This document shows positions 62,381 through 64,000 of a stretch of 64,000 bases of DNA, one piece after another; within the stretch, counting starts at the first letter, position 1, and the number at the start of each line of letters is the position of its first letter. The notes beneath the pieces were generated by a model that was given only the letters and a program-made list of their open reading frames with translations, was not told the DNA's origin and made no database searches. The stretch is from an uncultured Acidobacteriota bacterium. GTDB taxonomy: Bacteria > Acidobacteriota > Thermoanaerobaculia > Multivoradales > SZUA-115. Location of the stretch: contig CAWDVR010000001.1 of the NCBI GenBank assembly GCA_963805975.1, forward strand, positions 160,001-224,000. The letters run 5' to 3'. A program made the position numbers and the translations under genes.

Positions 62381-64000
62381 TTACGGCACCACCAGCGTCC
62401 AGGCGCTGGTGTCGCCGGACTCGAAGCCGTCGGTGAAGATCGAGGTGAGACCGAGGCAGTTGTAGCAGACCAGGGCGAAGTCCTGGTCGGTCGCGTCGCC
62501 CACGCCGGGAAGGCCATCGGAGGAGACATTGGTGGCCTGCACCCTTACCGTGAAGCTGGTAGTGCCGGCGGGCAGGAAGACGCCCTCGGTGTTGTTGCGA
62601 GTGTCCGCGCTGCCGCCCGTCGACGACAGCCCGTTGCCATCGAAGACGTTGCCGCGGTAGGTGTCCGCGCCGACGTTCACCACCAGGTCGAGGTTGTTGT
62701 TCCAGGCCGGGGTCGAGCCGCCCAGGCCGTGGCCCGCGGCGTCGGTCCACACCAGCATCAGGCGCACCGGCTCCGAGGTGTTGTCGACAGTCAAGGTCTC
62801 GGACCACTCCTCGCCGCTCCCGTCGAAGACCTGCGGGTTGTCGAAGTAAGCCACCGCGTCCTGGGGGTCGAGCACCCGCGCCAGGTCCATCCGGCCCCAG
62901 CCCTGCTTGTTGTCGAAGGGATGGCCCAGGGTGCCGTTGTCCGCGTCCAGGTGTCCGGCGAGATCGTGAGTCACGGGCAGGAACGCGGCCTTGGCCATCG
63001 CCGGGCTGGGGTCGACTGCGAACAGGTTGCGGTAGCGCTCGATGAACAGGGCCACCGCGCCGGCGACGTGCGGCGAGGCCATGCTGGTGCCGCACATGCG
63101 GGAGTAGGAGTTGGTGGGCACGGTCGAGTCCACGCTGCAGCCGGGCGCCACCATGTGGGGGATGGTGCGGCCGTCGAGCGCCGGGCCGTGCGCCGAGTTC
63201 GACGACACGTCGTCGATCTGCAGGATCTGCGCGCCGCCGGTGGTCTGCATCTTGGTCGAGCCGATGGTGAACATGTTCTTGCCTTCGTCCGGCGTGCCCT
63301 GAGAGCTCACGCCACCCCCCCCGTTCATGAACGAGAGCACGTAGTGGAACGGCTGGTTGCCGGACGCCGCGTTGTCCGCGTCGCGCACCCCGAGGTCCAC
63401 CTGCATGGTGTCGTTGTCGTAGCCCTCGGGCGAGCCCGACGGACCCCAACTGTTGCCGGAGAGCTCGGCGCCGTTGGCGTAGGACTGGCGCATCAGCGTC
63501 AGCATGCCGCCGGCCTGCGTGAAGGTGGGGAAGTAGACCTGCTCGATGAGGTTGGCGCCCGGCGCGACCCCGAGGCCGCGCAGGAAACCGTTGGCGTCGA
63601 GCGTGCCGGAGGAGCCGTCCGCCGCCATGATGCCGGCGGTGTGCGTGCCGTGGCTGTCGTTGCCCGTGCTGCAGGTCGAGCCGGTGCAGGGCAGGAAGCG
63701 GTTCACGAGGTCGGGATGGTTCGCCTGCACGCCGCCGTCCACATCGGCGATCAGCACGCCGGCACCGGTGGCGCCGACCGAGGCCAGCCAGGCCTGGTAG
63801 CCGGGGAAGGCGAGGTTGCTGCCGTTGTAGTTGCCGGCGTTCACCTGGTTGCTCATCTCACCTCGCAGGCCGCCGTTGGTGGGCTGCACCTGCACGCTGT
63901 AGACGCCGGGGATGCGCGCCGCCTCGGCCAGCCGCTCGCCGGCGAGCGTCACCGCGGCGACCTCGAAGCGGCCGTCGATCACCGAGCGGGACTGGAGCGC
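62381..64000 (-). CDS. Secreted S8 (subtilisin-like) serine peptidase, 5' end outside the window
   Basis: Catalytic triad ADVDGG / SHGTHTAG / CGTSMASPHVAG; LVWTD..NNLDL..NNTE beta-sandwich; C-terminal IFTDGFESGDTSAW. Confidence 0.92.
   Translation of the reverse strand, partial: ALQSRSVIDGRFEVAAVTLAGERLAEAARIPGVYSVQVQPTNGGLRGEMSNQVNAGNYNGSNLAFPGYQAWLASVGATGAGVLIADVDGGVQANHPDLVNRFLPCTGSTCSTGNDSHGTHTAGIMAADGSSGTLDANGFLRGLGVAPGANLIEQVYFPTFTQAGGMLTLMRQSYANGAELSGNSWGPSGSPEGYDNDTMQVDLGVRDADNAASGNQPFHYVLSFMNGGGGVSSQGTPDEGKNMFTIGSTKMQTTGGAQILQIDDVSSNSAHGPALDGRTIPHMVAPGCSVDSTVPTNSYSRMCGTSMASPHVAGAVALFIERYRNLFAVDPSPAMAKAAFLPVTHDLAGHLDADNGTLGHPFDNKQGWGRMDLARVLDPQDAVAYFDNPQVFDGSGEEWSETLTVDNTSEPVRLMLVWTDAAGHGLGGSTPAWNNNLDLVVNVGADTYRGNVFDGNGLSSTGGSADTRNNTEGVFLPAGTTSFTVRVQATNVSSDGLPGVGDATDQDFALVCYNCLGLTSIFTDGFESGDTSAWTLVVP

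Overview
Very GC-rich bacterial chromosomal window. Gene content and motif families suggest Acidobacteriota, probably Thermoanaerobaculia (inference). Housekeeping blocks: rfbB (partial), uppP, phoB-phoR, gcvT-H-PA-PB, tilS-ftsH-folP-cdaA-cdaR-glmM-pdxJ, sodA, three tRNAs (Met-CAT, Val-TAC, Asp-GTC), rpmG, ctpA, tatA/B-tatC, pyrD, queA and a peptide ABC transporter. Accessory genes: three toxin-antitoxin modules (one truncated), secreted peptidases and a TonB-dependent receptor operon. The best candidate for an undescribed system is at 36.2-39.2 kb: a small secreted precursor with three G-x-x-MDPNG repeats, then a cytoplasmic TPR protein with an N-terminal His/Cys motif, then an FHA plus degenerate PP2C protein. 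This resembles a Phr/Rap-like peptide-receptor pair in a diderm lineage. Other signals: a Cys/His-rich leader ORF with an arrest-like RPPP tail before the TonB receptor, DnaA-box-like and Pho-box-like arrays upstream of phoB, a degenerate attC-like site before two small cassette-like genes, a CTG start for gcvT, and a tilS ATG inside the tRNA-CAT gene. Four +1 frameshifts (phoB, phoR, FHA-PP2C, queA) are probably sequencing indels.
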